DNA of 64,000 nt, taken from Bacillota bacterium (GTDB lineage: Bacteria; Bacillota; DTU030). A model generated the notes under the pieces. That model was given only the letters and a program-made list of their open reading frames with translations. It was not told where the DNA came from and ran no database searches. The stretch spans positions 14,895 to 78,894 of the forward strand of contig JAAYSG010000037.1 in NCBI GenBank assembly GCA_012518435.1, read 5' to 3'. A program made the translations under genes and the position numbers. How positions within the stretch are numbered: position 1 is the first letter of the stretch; each line of letters opens with the position of its first letter. Below are positions 1-10,639 of the stretch, piece after piece.

Positions 1-228
1 GGGCATCGTGAATGTAGGGAAATATGGTTGACCAATCTATTTTTTCGTAATGGTCCCGTGATAAATCCTTTATCACTCCCCAGGTCACCCCCACAGCAAT
101 GGATTACTTCTTTAATTCTCCACCCAACAGATCTATTCCTCCTTACCTGATGTATGTCATATTATTATTGTGAGACTATAATCTATTGTTAAATTATAGT
201 CATCTCCCACTATATTTGCTAGATCATA

Positions 229-1107
229 CTATCTTTTTGACCTACCGATACCGTCTAAAAATTCCAGGAAGGGAATAGCGGCGATAATTTTGCTCAGGGA
301 AAAGGCTTCGCAAAATACGTGCAGCCCAATGAGTAATAAAACCACTGTTACCTTTAGCCTGGGAGAAAATGACCAAAGTTGGGCCATACCAAGGCTTGCG
401 CCCAATAGGTTGGCCCCGGTATCCCCCAACATGGCCTGACCCTGCAAATCTGCGGGAAGATAGGCCAGCACAGACCCCAGCACAGCGGTGAGAAGGAAAA
501 GGGGTGCCGCCCTGCTACTGTGCCAAAGGGTAATGAACATGACTAGTAAAAAGGCTTTGCCGGAGCGTCCGGGCCTAAGATCAAGTAGGTTGAGGGCGTT
601 GGTGGAAAGACACAACAAGAGGCTATTGAGGAAAAATAGGTAGAGATCCCCCGATAGTAACCAGGAAACAAAAAGGGCTGTGCTAACCCCCCCCAAGGCC
701 TTAAGGAGTCCGGTGCTCAAACATCCCTCCCGGAAAAAGTAGTCCAAATGCCCCTGCAACCCCTTAATTCCTTTCTGGGAAAGGGAATCATCCAAAAGAC
801 CCAGTAAGCCAATGGCAAGCAAAAAAAAGAGGAAAACCAAGCCCTCCCTTTCCCACTGGGGCCAATAAAATGGCAACGTGCTCATGAGACTTACTCCGGT
901 GGCAATGAGGATAACAATACCCGCTCCTTCAGGTATCCTCTGGCCCTGGTAACTTTGGGCTGTCAGCATACCCCTGGTGAGTAAATCCAAAATACTGGGC
1001 AACAAAAGATAGGTAAGAAGATAGGAGTATACACCCAACCACAGTCCCATCAAACCCCTCCCAGGTCCTCCCAAAATAAGTGTAGCAAGGCTAAAAGTAT
1101 ATGGCAA
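229..1107 (-). CDS. Glycosyltransferase family 4 (MraY/WecA-like polyprenyl-phosphate sugar-1-phosphate transferase)
   Basis: Polytopic membrane protein. MraY/WecA-type motifs are present (LLDDSLS.., NALNLLDL, GDTGANLLG). The start may lie downstream because the ORF overlaps the upstream gene. Confidence 0.6.
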   Translation of the reverse strand: MPYTFSLATLILGGPGRGLMGLWLGVYSYLLTYLLLPSILDLLTRGMLTAQSYQGQRIPEGAGIVILIATGVSLMSTLPFYWPQWEREGLVFLFFLLAIGLLGLLDDSLSQKGIKGLQGHLDYFFREGCLSTGLLKALGGVSTALFVSWLLSGDLYLFFLNSLLLCLSTNALNLLDLRPGRSGKAFLLVMFITLWHSSRAAPLFLLTAVLGSVLAYLPADLQGQAMLGDTGANLLGASLGMAQLWSFSPRLKVTVVLLLIGLHVFCEAFSLSKIIAAIPFLEFLDGIGRSKR

Positions 1108-1763
1108 AATTGCCTCCCCCTATGCCACAATCCGGAGAAATTTAGGCCCGTATTCCTATGTTTCATGCCCACGGGAATTTCCTTGATCCGCAATCCCCGG
1201 CGGGCTGCACGCACATTTAGACCCACCTCCACACCAAACCCGGGCAAGAAGGGCTGCACTTCCCATAGGGCCTCCCGGGTAAAACCCCGCTGCCCAGATA
1301 GGGGCGCCTGTAATGTCAAGCCGGTTAGAAGCTTGGTTCCCAAGCGGGCTAGTCCCAGGGCAATACCCAAACCAGTTTTAGCCGCAACAGGTGGGAAAAC
1401 ACCTATTGTCATATCAGCCTCACCAGCCAGAAGGGGGGCTAGAAGGAGGTCGGCCTGGACAGCGGTATCACCCAGGTCTGCATCCAAAAGGAGTATTATA
1501 TTATTGCTGATACTGGATATTCCCTTGGTCAAGGCCTTCCCCTTCCCTTGATTCCGGGGCAAAGTTAGCACCTTGGCCCCGGCCCTGCGGGCGACCACAC
1601 CGGTTGCATCCCTTGAACCATCGTCAACAACTAGAACCTCCGTCACCTTGGCAATGGTGGAGGCAGCCTTCACCGTAGCACCAATGCGCTGGCCTTCATT
1701 ATAGGCGGGAATAATAACACTAACCTTCTCCCTCATCCTGCGGGCACCTGGTCCAAAAGCCAT
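1050..1763 (-). CDS. Glycosyltransferase family 2 (dolichyl-phosphate mannose synthase-like)
   Basis: N-terminal VSVIIPAYNE...VVDDGS and a DAD motif are typical of GT2. Overlaps the GT4 gene by about 58 nt. Confidence 0.6.
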   Translation of the reverse strand: MAFGPGARRMREKVSVIIPAYNEGQRIGATVKAASTIAKVTEVLVVDDGSRDATGVVARRAGAKVLTLPRNQGKGKALTKGISSISNNIILLLDADLGDTAVQADLLLAPLLAGEADMTIGVFPPVAAKTGLGIALGLARLGTKLLTGLTLQAPLSGQRGFTREALWEVQPFLPGFGVEVGLNVRAARRGLRIKEIPVGMKHRNTGLNFSGLWHRGRQFCHILLALLHLFWEDLGGV

Positions 1764-2668
1764 TCTAAGGGTAGGAGGGGGATTTGGCCTTCACCATGGC
1801 CAAAATGTTCCTCCACATCGTTGTCTAATAAATACAAGAGACTTAGGCGCCCAGCCAGTGTATTTAAATGACTGATGGTGGGAACGCCCATAGCCCTATA
1901 AAACCCCGGGGAGGCCTGGGGATCCATTTTTTCCGCTGCAACAACCCTTAGGCCTGCCTCCCTCCATATATCAAGGAAGCGCCCTTCCAACTCCACAGTT
2001 TCCGCTGGCCTTCCCTGCACTGAACTACCCAAGAGCAAAACAACATCAATCCCCGCCTCCGCCCCCCCTCTAATGGTAACCAAGCCCTGATCAATTAAAA
2101 AGGGCAGTATACCCTTCCCTTCCCCACCGATCATGGCATTGGCCAGATAACCGACAAATTGCAGCCAGTCTCCCTTCATTTCCGCGGCTGGGGCAGAATA
2201 CTCCTTCTCCAGGGCTGCCATTAATTTTTCATTGTGGGGACCAAGGGATGGGGAAATTTCCCCCAGGCAACACACATTAATACCATATTCCTGCAAGTAT
2301 TCCAAAAGCCCATAATCCAAATCTTCCCCACTGCTATTGACAATTGCCACCTGGGTGCCAATATCCCCCTCATTTTTAAGCAAGGGCAGAAATACCCGTT
2401 CCAGATCCCCCCCTGTCTCCTCCCATATCTCAAGGCCCCTTAACTGCTCTTCCAGCCGGTCATGTTCCCCCTGTAATTGGCAATAATTCCGCTGTAGACG
2501 CTCTATTACCTCCCGCTGTTGGCTAATGACCAGATCATTACCCAGGAGGGCATTGCCGATAAAAATACCAATGCTTAAGGACAAGAATACAACCATCAGG
2601 GTGATCAAGTAATGCCTTTGGTCGATCATCTTCCTTCCCCCCATCACAACCCTACTAAAAGGCGACAT
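1733..2668 (-). CDS. MctB/SteB-like membrane-anchored protein (partner of SteA)
   Basis: N-terminal transmembrane helix plus a coiled-coil region, located immediately downstream of a steA-like gene. The mycobacterial and corynebacterial SteA-SteB/MctB pairs have the same architecture. Confidence 0.4.
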   Translation of the reverse strand: MSPFSRVVMGGRKMIDQRHYLITLMVVFLSLSIGIFIGNALLGNDLVISQQREVIERLQRNYCQLQGEHDRLEEQLRGLEIWEETGGDLERVFLPLLKNEGDIGTQVAIVNSSGEDLDYGLLEYLQEYGINVCCLGEISPSLGPHNEKLMAALEKEYSAPAAEMKGDWLQFVGYLANAMIGGEGKGILPFLIDQGLVTIRGGAEAGIDVVLLLGSSVQGRPAETVELEGRFLDIWREAGLRVVAAEKMDPQASPGFYRAMGVPTISHLNTLAGRLSLLYLLDNDVEEHFGHGEGQIPLLPLEWLLDQVPAG

Positions 2669-3765
2669 TTGAATAGAAGCAACCGGAAAAAATACTGCAG
2701 GCGACTGGAAATTAGAAGTATAATTAAGAGGGGGAAAAGACCGGCCAGGGCAACACCGCCCACATATGAAAGACGTAGACCCCCCCGGTACAATTGGTTG
2801 ACCCCCTTGGCATCAATGAGAATGGAACCCACCTTCAGCCTCGCCAAAAGGGTGCTGGCCATACCCGGCCGCCCCTTTTCTAAAAAATCAATGAGGTTAG
2901 AATGAAGACCCACCGCCACGATGAGCTTTGCCCCTCCCCCATGGGCCAGCAACAAGGCAGCATCTTCACTGGTTCCAGGGGCGGGAAAAAGTGTAGACTG
3001 CAGATTAAGGTTTTCCAGCCTTGCCAACCCCGGGGCCCTCCCATTCTTGTAGGCATGGACAATGAGATGGGCACCACAATGCAAAACTTCGTCAGATACA
3101 CTATCCATATCACCGACTATATAATGGGGAGTATAACCCAATTCCAAGAGAGCATCCCCCCCGCCATCAACCCCTATTAGAACTGGGTCCTCCTCCCTTA
3201 TATAAGGATTAATGGCGGCCAGATCCTCGCGGTAATCATGCCCCCGGGCAACTATTAGAACATGCCTATCCTTTATTCTAACCGGTAGTTTCGGTACCCT
3301 TATTTTCCCCAGGAAAATCCTTTTTTCCCGGGCGGCATATTTTAGGGTATTGTTGATAAAAAGCTCCATTTCCCGCTGTAAATTTTCCTGGCCCTGGGCG
3401 ATTCTCCCTTGAACGATGGATAGAGTCAGCTGTTTCCCCACAGCAATCAACTTGTTTTCGCGAAAGATGCACCCCCCCGAAATGCGAATTTTGTCCCCCT
3501 CCGATAGCTGCTTGAAAATCCCTTCCCCCACGTTGTCCACAATGGGGATATGCGCCTGCAATAGTCTGCTGGGCCCCATATTGGGGTATCTGCCACTTAT
3601 GGATTGATGGGCATTGATCACCGCCCTCACCCGGGCCCTTTCCAGGCCCCTGGCCGCCAACTCGTCCAGATCCCGGTGGGCTATGAGGGCGATGTCGCCT
3701 GGCCGCAGGCGCCTGATGAGATCCTTAGTCCTTCTATCCAAGCGCACAGTTCCCCCAAGAGACAA
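2644..3765 (-). CDS. steA: SteA-like protein (thiamine pyrophosphokinase-like, putative cytokinesis-associated)
   Basis: About 370 aa with a central GVDGGGD...GDMDS region typical of the SteA/TPK-like family and a C-terminal hydrophobic tail. Confidence 0.5.
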   Translation of the reverse strand: MSLGGTVRLDRRTKDLIRRLRPGDIALIAHRDLDELAARGLERARVRAVINAHQSISGRYPNMGPSRLLQAHIPIVDNVGEGIFKQLSEGDKIRISGGCIFRENKLIAVGKQLTLSIVQGRIAQGQENLQREMELFINNTLKYAAREKRIFLGKIRVPKLPVRIKDRHVLIVARGHDYREDLAAINPYIREEDPVLIGVDGGGDALLELGYTPHYIVGDMDSVSDEVLHCGAHLIVHAYKNGRAPGLARLENLNLQSTLFPAPGTSEDAALLLAHGGGAKLIVAVGLHSNLIDFLEKGRPGMASTLLARLKVGSILIDAKGVNQLYRGGLRLSYVGGVALAGLFPLLIILLISSRLQYFFRLLLFKCRLLVGL

Positions 3766-3922
3766 AATTGCACCTCCTTTTCTAAACTTAGTATGTTACG
3801 GTAAAATGAGAAAAATGTAAGTCTAAAAGGAGAGGACAAGATCCAGCCCTGGAACAGGGGAAATTGGGGTCCGAAAATGGGGCTGAAAATAGGTTGTATG
3901 TCACCCTGGGCCCAGTTAACTA

Positions 3923-3977
3923 GAAAAAAGTCCCAATCCACCACTGGGCTCTTAAAGGCCAGCAGGTGAATTGGGAC
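3923..3977 (-). terminator. Candidate Rho-independent terminator downstream of spo0A
   Basis: On the minus strand, GUCCCAAUUCACC...GGUGGAUUGGGAC forms a stem of about 13 bp followed by UUUUUU. Confidence 0.4.
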
Positions 3978-4066
3978 ATCCCCTCATCCGGGCCCAAGGG
4001 TCACAGCGGCCCCCGCCGGGGATAGTTTTTACACTTCGTATTCCATCTCCATTATTGTAGCTTATT

Positions 4067-4846
4067 TTAACCCACCCTAAGCTCCATCCGTAATTTATCA
4101 GCAATCATGGCGATAAATTCTGAATTAGTCGGCTTGCCCCGCTCCAGATCAATGGTATAGCCAAAGAGATTGTTAATTTCCTCGACATTTCCCCGGCCCC
4201 AGGCAACTTCAATGGCATGGCGAATTGCCCTTTCCACCCTGCTGGCGGTGGTATTATATTTTTCCCCAATCAGGGGATATAATTCCTTGGTAACCGCACC
4301 AAGCAATTCAATATCTTCCACCACCATCAAAATGGCCTCCCGTAGGTAGAGGTACCCCTTGATATGGGCCGGAACACCCAACTGATGGATAATATTTGTC
4401 GTTTCCACATCCAGGCTCCGGGCCCTTTGGGGCGGGGCCACCTGCACAAATTGTCCATTACCCACCAATTGGCGGATCCTGTTAATTAGGATCTCCAGGC
4501 TAAAGGGCTTTAGTATGTAATAGTCAGCCCCCAGAGAAACGGCCCGCTGTGTGATATTCTCATGACCGAAGGCAGTTAAAATAATAATTTTTGGCCTCCG
4601 GGGTAAATCCATTTCGGCTAACTTTTCCAAAACACCTATTCCATCAAGATGGGGCATAATAATATCCAAAATAAGGACATCTGGCACCTTTTCCTCAAGT
4701 AGTTCTATTATCTTTTCTCCATTGTAGGCCACACCATCCACCCGGAAATCCGATTCCTTGTCGATGTATTCAAGGACTAGATCACAAAATTCCTTGTTAT
4801 CATCGGCAATCATGATGGATATTGATTCCCTCTTCAAAAAAAACAC
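4067..4846 (-). CDS. spo0A: Stage 0 sporulation protein A, master response regulator
   Basis: Receiver domain (ADDNKEF...[12 protein letters not shown]) plus the diagnostic Spo0A C-terminal DNA-binding domain ([16 protein letters not shown]...[18 protein letters not shown]). The true start is probably the internal ATG near 4813 (MIADDN...). Confidence 0.9.
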   Translation of the reverse strand: MFFLKRESISIMIADDNKEFCDLVLEYIDKESDFRVDGVAYNGEKIIELLEEKVPDVLILDIIMPHLDGIGVLEKLAEMDLPRRPKIIILTAFGHENITQRAVSLGADYYILKPFSLEILINRIRQLVGNGQFVQVAPPQRARSLDVETTNIIHQLGVPAHIKGYLYLREAILMVVEDIELLGAVTKELYPLIGEKYNTTASRVERAIRHAIEVAWGRGNVEEINNLFGYTIDLERGKPTNSEFIAMIADKLRMELRVG

Positions 4847-4920
4847 CCCCTTCTGTTTTGATTGTATATTCTTGCAACTAAAGCCATAATCCTGCTTTAA
4901 ATTGAAAAATGTGGAAATAA

Positions 4921-6252
4921 TTATGACAGAAGAAAAACCCCGGCACCGGCCAGGGCATCAATTTCCAATTCGTGCAACATCCATTCGGCAAATACGCCAT
5001 AACCACGGGTGGGATCATTTACAAAGACATGGGTGACAATTCCAATCAATTTCCCCCCCTTGATAATGGGGCTACCGCTCATTCCCTGGATAATTCCCCC
5101 CGTTTCCTTTAATAGTTGGGGATCCGTAACCCTGATGACCATACCCTTATCACTGGGGGTATTTTGATTAAAGATCCTTTCCACTTCCACTTCATAGCAG
5201 CCAATTTGATCCGCCGACAATACCGTCATTATTTCTGCCGACCCCGTGGTCACCTGAGAAGACAGGGCTATGGGAATTCCCTGGGGATAAAAGGGATTAT
5301 GAATTTGCTCGTGGATGGTGCCGAAAATCCCAAATTGGGTGTTTTTTTCTATGTCACCCAGCAGATGGGCATCCTCCTTAAACACTCCCACCTTTTCCCC
5401 CGGCTGCCCCTTGGACCCTCGGTTGATGCCGGTAACAAAGGCCTTGACCACCGATCCTTCCGCTACATTGAGGGGTTGATTTGTATCCGCATCGGTGATG
5501 ACATGGCCCAGGGCTCCATAGCGGCCCGTTTCCCGGTGATAAAATGAAAGGGTCCCCACCCCATTGGCCCCATCCCGCACATAGAGGCCAATGCGGTATC
5601 TTTTTGTTTCCCGACAAAGAATGGGCTTAATTTCGGAAAATAAGAAGGAGTCCTTCCTTTTGTATTCAATTTGTAGGGTTTGATCCCGCTGACCATATTC
5701 GTGCACCAATTCGGCCAAGTGCATCACACCCTGCACCCGCCTTCCATTCACCTTGAGGATGGTATCACCAACCCGTATGCCGGCCTCCCGGGCCGGATTT
5801 ATGGTCCTGCTGCCCCCTTTGCCAATGCCCGCCTCTCCCACAACTATTACCCCATGAGAAAGGAGGAGTACACCGATGGAATGGCCTCCAGGAATGACTT
5901 CCACCGGCGGCAGCACATTCACCGTCATTCTACGGACGGGTACACCGAACAAAAGTAATTCTACTTCCGCCTCCCCCCTCTGGAGCGGCTCCACCTTAAG
6001 GGGTACTCCCAAATTGACCTTGGCCGCCTGGGGGGAAAGGGGTAACCCGTTTAAATTGACAACACCCGTGCGATTGGAGCGGAGGTAAACGTTGACGGGA
6101 AAACCAAAGTAAAGATTTTGTGCTTGGCCCTCCAAAAATTGTAGCTGCTGGGGAAAGGTAACTATGTTTTTAAACTGGGGGGTAAAGGAAACTGCAATAA
6201 TTACCAGTGCAAGGAAAACACCGAAGAGTTTGCGGCGGTTTTCCCTAGGCAA
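4921..6252 (-). CDS. spoIVB: SpoIVB signalling serine peptidase (S55)
   Basis: N-terminal transmembrane helix, a PDZ domain and an S55 peptidase domain. It sits next to spo0A and recN, as in Bacillus. Confidence 0.85.
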   Translation of the reverse strand: MPRENRRKLFGVFLALVIIAVSFTPQFKNIVTFPQQLQFLEGQAQNLYFGFPVNVYLRSNRTGVVNLNGLPLSPQAAKVNLGVPLKVEPLQRGEAEVELLLFGVPVRRMTVNVLPPVEVIPGGHSIGVLLLSHGVIVVGEAGIGKGGSRTINPAREAGIRVGDTILKVNGRRVQGVMHLAELVHEYGQRDQTLQIEYKRKDSFLFSEIKPILCRETKRYRIGLYVRDGANGVGTLSFYHRETGRYGALGHVITDADTNQPLNVAEGSVVKAFVTGINRGSKGQPGEKVGVFKEDAHLLGDIEKNTQFGIFGTIHEQIHNPFYPQGIPIALSSQVTTGSAEIMTVLSADQIGCYEVEVERIFNQNTPSDKGMVIRVTDPQLLKETGGIIQGMSGSPIIKGGKLIGIVTHVFVNDPTRGYGVFAEWMLHELEIDALAGAGVFLLS

Positions 6253-6433
6253 GAGAAAATCACATCCCTTCGCTGGCTTTCATCCGGCAAAATCCCGCCC
6301 TTATAATCTTTTCCCAAAGGGCAGCCCTTTATGATGAAATTCTTTCCCCCTGCGGCCATAAAATGCCAAAAAAGTGCCACCTTGGTGGCACCTGTGACAC
6401 CCCCCGCCATTTACCCCAAGGGGGGAAAGCCAG

Positions 6434-8197
6434 TTATAGGTTCCTCTCCTTCGGGGCTGCCTTTTCCTTGTATTTATCCGCCAGGTTGAGCATTTCACGG
6501 GCGTGCCTTTTTGTTGTCCCCGTAACCTTGGTCCCCCCCAACATCCGGGCCAACTCCTCCACCTGTTCACCCGAACCCAGTGGCGTTAACTTGGTAAAGG
6601 TCCGTCCCGCCGTCACTTCCTTGGCAATTCGCCAGTGGGAATCCGCCATGGCCGCAATCTGGGGTAGATGAGTAACACAAAGGACCTGTCTTATCCTGGC
6701 CAGGCTGGCAAGCCTTTCCGCAACTGCCTGGGCCGACCTGCCCCCAATCCCGGCATCTATTTCATCAAAAATCATAGTAGGAATTGTATCAACACTGGCC
6801 AAGATGTTTTTCAAAGCCAGCATTATCCGGGATAACTCGCCCCCCGAGGCAATACGGGACAAAGGTTTAGGCTCCTCCCCCGGGTTAGGGGCAAGAAGAA
6901 ATTCAACCCCATCAATCCCATTCTCCCCAACCGCCAGCATTTTCCCATTTATCGGGATACCATCTTCAGCTTCCTCCTGGGAAAGGGAAACCTTAAATAT
7001 GGTTTTCTCCATCCCCAGGTAAGCCAACTCCGCCCTAACCTTGCCTTCCAATTGTGCAGCTAATTTATGCCTTTCCTCCGATAGATGGAGGGCACATTGG
7101 GATAGCTTTGCTTTTATCACCCTTTGCCTTTCCACCAATTCAGCACGGGATGCAGTGCTTTGTTCTAGTTTTTCTATTTCCCCTTGGACCCAGGCCTGGT
7201 AGGCAAGGATCTCCTGGATACTATCCCCGTACTTACGCTTCAATTGGGCAATGGCATAAAGGCGATCCTCAACCTCCATGAGGGCTGCGGGATTCAAATC
7301 TAAGGTGTCTCCGTAGGCCCGCAGGTCTCGGGCAATTTCTTCGATTTGGTAGAAGGCCGATTGGAGGTAGTCCACCATCTGGGTAAAACGTCCATCTACG
7401 GCTGCGGCCTCCCCCAGCCAGTCCACCACTAATCTAAGCTGTTCCAGCACAGAGCCATGGGTGGGACCATCCCCATACAAAACCCCGTAAGATTCCTGGC
7501 TCAGTTTTAAAAGTTTTTCCGTATGTTTGAGAACATCCCTACGGGCTGTAAGTTCCTCCTCCTCACCGGGTTTAAGGCCAGCGGCGGCTATTTCCTGGTC
7601 CTGGAATGAATACAGGTCTAGTTTTTGTGCCCGTTCCCTCTCCTCCTCCTTCAAGGCGGATATTTGTTTTTGCAAGGAACGGTAAGTCCGATAATTATTC
7701 TTCACCAATTGACGCAACTTCATTAATTCTGGGCCACCGTAGTTGTCCAGATAGGTAATATGATTCTTGGGATGTAGTAGGGATTGGTGTTCATGCTGGC
7801 CGTGAATATCCACCAAAAGCCGACCTAAGGAGCGGAGCATGCTTACGGTGGCAAGGCGGCCATTTATTCTACAGGTGCTTTTGCCGTTGGTATTCAGTTC
7901 CCGACACAGTATCAATTGTTGGTCGTGGTCCAGCTCTACCCCTAATTCCGCCAAGAGCTCCAGTATCTGGGGCTGGTCGGCCAGCTGGAAAAGGGCAGTC
8001 ACACTGGCTTGTTCCGCCCCGGTACGTATGTAGTGAAAACTTGCCCTTTCCCCCAAAACAAGACCAATGGCATCGATTAGGATGGATTTACCGGCCCCCG
8101 TCTCACCGGTTAGTATGTTCAGGCCCTTGGCCAGGGAAAGGTGCAGTTTCTCTATCACCGCAATGTTATTTACTTCAAGTTCCAGTAACACCCTCAT
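6434..8197 (-). CDS. recN: DNA repair protein RecN
   Basis: SMC-like protein with an N-terminal Walker A motif (GETGAGKSIL), a long coiled coil and a C-terminal signature/Walker B region. Synteny with argR and spoIVB is conserved. Confidence 0.9.
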   Translation of the reverse strand: MRVLLELEVNNIAVIEKLHLSLAKGLNILTGETGAGKSILIDAIGLVLGERASFHYIRTGAEQASVTALFQLADQPQILELLAELGVELDHDQQLILCRELNTNGKSTCRINGRLATVSMLRSLGRLLVDIHGQHEHQSLLHPKNHITYLDNYGGPELMKLRQLVKNNYRTYRSLQKQISALKEEERERAQKLDLYSFQDQEIAAAGLKPGEEEELTARRDVLKHTEKLLKLSQESYGVLYGDGPTHGSVLEQLRLVVDWLGEAAAVDGRFTQMVDYLQSAFYQIEEIARDLRAYGDTLDLNPAALMEVEDRLYAIAQLKRKYGDSIQEILAYQAWVQGEIEKLEQSTASRAELVERQRVIKAKLSQCALHLSEERHKLAAQLEGKVRAELAYLGMEKTIFKVSLSQEEAEDGIPINGKMLAVGENGIDGVEFLLAPNPGEEPKPLSRIASGGELSRIMLALKNILASVDTIPTMIFDEIDAGIGGRSAQAVAERLASLARIRQVLCVTHLPQIAAMADSHWRIAKEVTAGRTFTKLTPLGSGEQVEELARMLGGTKVTGTTKRHAREMLNLADKYKEKAAPKERNL

Positions 8198-8205
8198 CCT
8201 CCCCC

Positions 8206-8733
8206 CTAATCTGCGAGGCCTTCCAACTTGGCTACCAAGCCCTCCACCACGGCGCTGGAACTGGCTACAATTATAATTGTATCATCACCAGCAACGGTCC
8301 CTATTATTTCCGGTAGGTCCAAGCCATCTATAACCGCCGCCACGGCCTGGGCCGAACCCACCAGGGTTTTTATGACAATGTTGTTTTCACTGGCCGCAAT
8401 CTTTACAACAGACTCCCGAAAGAGGCGTTTTTGCCTTTCCATGAGGCCACCGGCCCCCCCGCCGGCTTGTCCATAACAATACCGGTTGCCCACCGGCACC
8501 TTTATAAGCCCTAGTTCCTTAATATCCCGGGATACCGTTGCCTGGGTTACTTCAATACCACTATCCTGCAACAGTCTTGCCAATTCCCCCTGTGTTTCTA
8601 CTTCGTGGGTATTAATTAATTCCAAAATTATCCTTTGCCGCCTATTTTTCACCCCTAGCACACCCCCTTCGCCATATCCCCAATAGTCTGATAGCATCTG
8701 GCAAAGCCTTGGCCCCGCCCAAAAGTACATCAC
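8206..8733 (-). CDS. argR: Arginine repressor ArgR/AhrC
   Basis: Winged-helix N-terminus (TQGELARLLQDSGIEVTQATVSRDIKEL) and a C-terminal oligomerisation domain with GTVAGDDTI. The true start probably lies inside the listed ORF. Confidence 0.8.
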   Translation of the reverse strand: MMYFWAGPRLCQMLSDYWGYGEGGVLGVKNRRQRIILELINTHEVETQGELARLLQDSGIEVTQATVSRDIKELGLIKVPVGNRYCYGQAGGGAGGLMERQKRLFRESVVKIAASENNIVIKTLVGSAQAVAAVIDGLDLPEIIGTVAGDDTIIIVASSSAVVEGLVAKLEGLAD

Positions 8734-8785
8734 AAGCAGTGCTAACGGCTAAATTAGACCCCTCGGCCATATCCCCATATCCATT

Positions 8786-9655
8786 CTACCTACCCACAGA
8801 TAGAGTGCCTTCCTGCAGTCGATCCCGGAATACTTGGTAAAAACTCTGTCCCGACAGCCGGACTAAATTGGCCCGGAAGGGAGCACGGAAAACTAGAATT
8901 TTATCCCCGGCCCGCAGGGGATAACCCTGCTGCCCGTCACAGGTCAACATTAAATCGTCATGGTCCGCCTTAACTACTATCTCAACCCTATCCCCTTCGG
9001 GGATCACCAGGGAACGGGCAAACAGGGTATGGGGGCAAATGGGGGTGATGATAATATTATGTAACTTGGGATTTATAATTGGACCTCCGGCAGATAGAGA
9101 ATAGGCAGTTGAACCCGTCGGTGTGGCCACGATGAGGCCATCCCCCGGATAGGTGGCACAGTACTCACCATTAATGATGGTCTCCAGGCGAATTAATCTA
9201 GCAAAGGCTCCCTTGGTCACCGCAATCTCATTTAGGGCCAGATAACCGTATATCTCCACGCCCTCCCGATAAATTTCACACTTTAACATCAGCCTTTGGT
9301 CAATAAAGTAATCCCCCCTGAGTACAGTGGCCAAGGCCGGAATAATATTGTTAGGTTCAACGGTGGTTAAAAAGCCCAAATGGCCCAAATTAACCCCCAT
9401 GATGGGAACATCAAAGGGGGAAAATAGGCGAGCCACCGTCAAAAGAGTCCCATCACCACCCAGGACCACCACCATATCCACCCTGTGGGCAAATTCATCC
9501 TCGGCCAGGGCCACACCGGACAAGCCCGTCGCCTGGGCCTGATCGGCTAATAAATACGCATCCTTGCCCTGTCCTTGCAACCACTTTATAATGTCTCGGG
9601 CCACCTCTTCAGCAGCATCCTTATCAAGGTTAAGGTATAATCCAATATTTTGCAT
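8786..9655 (-). CDS. nadK: NAD kinase
   Basis: GGDGTLL motif and a conserved NAD-kinase C-terminal domain. Confidence 0.85.
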   Translation of the reverse strand: MQNIGLYLNLDKDAAEEVARDIIKWLQGQGKDAYLLADQAQATGLSGVALAEDEFAHRVDMVVVLGGDGTLLTVARLFSPFDVPIMGVNLGHLGFLTTVEPNNIIPALATVLRGDYFIDQRLMLKCEIYREGVEIYGYLALNEIAVTKGAFARLIRLETIINGEYCATYPGDGLIVATPTGSTAYSLSAGGPIINPKLHNIIITPICPHTLFARSLVIPEGDRVEIVVKADHDDLMLTCDGQQGYPLRAGDKILVFRAPFRANLVRLSGQSFYQVFRDRLQEGTLSVGR

Positions 9656-9826
9656 GTTCTATCTCCCCTGTGTTTCCCCTAAGAAACTGGAATTTAGATT
9701 TTTCTTAATAGCCTGCTCGTCCGGGCTTATCTTACCACATCTCCCTCTGTTATTATTCCGCAATTTAACACCTATTACCTGCCTTCCTGGGCCAACTGGC
9801 AATATATTTCTGGTCAAGATAAAGGG

Positions 9827-10639
9827 TCATTTGACCTCCTGCCAAGCCAAAGCCACAGTATTTGCAATGATTTCCGCCCAGGAACCCCCCAGGTCCGCTG
9901 CGCCTTTTCTACCGTAAAGGAAATACTCCCTATTGCCCTTAGCACCACTGAGGGGGGAAAAGGTCAGACCCAGTATTCCAAATCCCAAGCGCCGGGTTAC
10001 TAAAATTACATCATGCAGTACTTCCCGGTGAACAGCTGGATCCCGAACAACGCCCCCCCGGCCTACTTTTTCCGGGCCGGCCTCAAACTGAGGCTTTATT
10101 AGGGCCACCACTTCACCATGGGGAAGGAGGATTTCCTCCACTGCAGGCAGCACCTTTTCCAGGGAAATAAAGGAGACATCTATGGTGGCCAAATCCACCC
10201 TTTCCGCAAGTTGGTCCGGCTTAAGATGGCGGATGTTGGTCCGCTCCATTACCACAACCCGGGGATCCTGCCGCAGGCACCAGGCCAACTGACCCCAACC
10301 CACATCCACAGCATAAACCCTCCGGGCACCATGTTTTAAGGCACAATGGGTAAAACCACCGGTTGAGGCCCCCACGTCCAGGACAACTTTCTCCCCCAGC
10401 TTAATTTCGAAAACCCGCAGGGCCTTCTCCAGCTTGAGCCCTCCCCTACTCACATAGGGATTATCGTCGGCCAAAATTCGCAGAGTGGCTTCCCGCCTAA
10501 CCCGAGTGCCAGCCTTGTCAATTTTTTCCCCATCAACCAAAATTAAACCCGCCATGATGGCCCCTTGGGCCCGTTGCCGGCTTTCATAAAACCCCCGCTC
10601 TACCAAAAGTATATCCAGCCGTTCCTTCTCCTTAGACAT
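9827..10639 (-). CDS. tlyA: TlyA family rRNA 2'-O-methyltransferase (hemolysin A-like)
   Basis: N-terminal S4 domain and an FtsJ-like methyltransferase domain ([12 protein letters not shown]). Its position between dxs and argR is conserved. Confidence 0.8.
   Translation of the reverse strand: MSKEKERLDILLVERGFYESRQRAQGAIMAGLILVDGEKIDKAGTRVRREATLRILADDNPYVSRGGLKLEKALRVFEIKLGEKVVLDVGASTGGFTHCALKHGARRVYAVDVGWGQLAWCLRQDPRVVVMERTNIRHLKPDQLAERVDLATIDVSFISLEKVLPAVEEILLPHGEVVALIKPQFEAGPEKVGRGGVVRDPAVHREVLHDVILVTRRLGFGILGLTFSPLSGAKGNREYFLYGRKGAADLGGSWAEIIANTVALAWQEVK

Noticed and set aside
1165-1551. Plus-strand 128-aa ORF (and similar antisense ORFs throughout, for example 2612-2905, 5116-5547, 10869-11387, 16975-17532, 54486-55028)
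   Set aside because: These are antisense to well-supported conserved genes, with Arg/Pro-rich composition typical of antisense frames in GC-rich DNA.
4921-4965. Apparent hairpin/T-run at the 3' end of spoIVB as a terminator
   Set aside because: The GC-rich palindrome lies inside the coding sequence (it encodes ...[11 protein letters not shown]) and is not intergenic.
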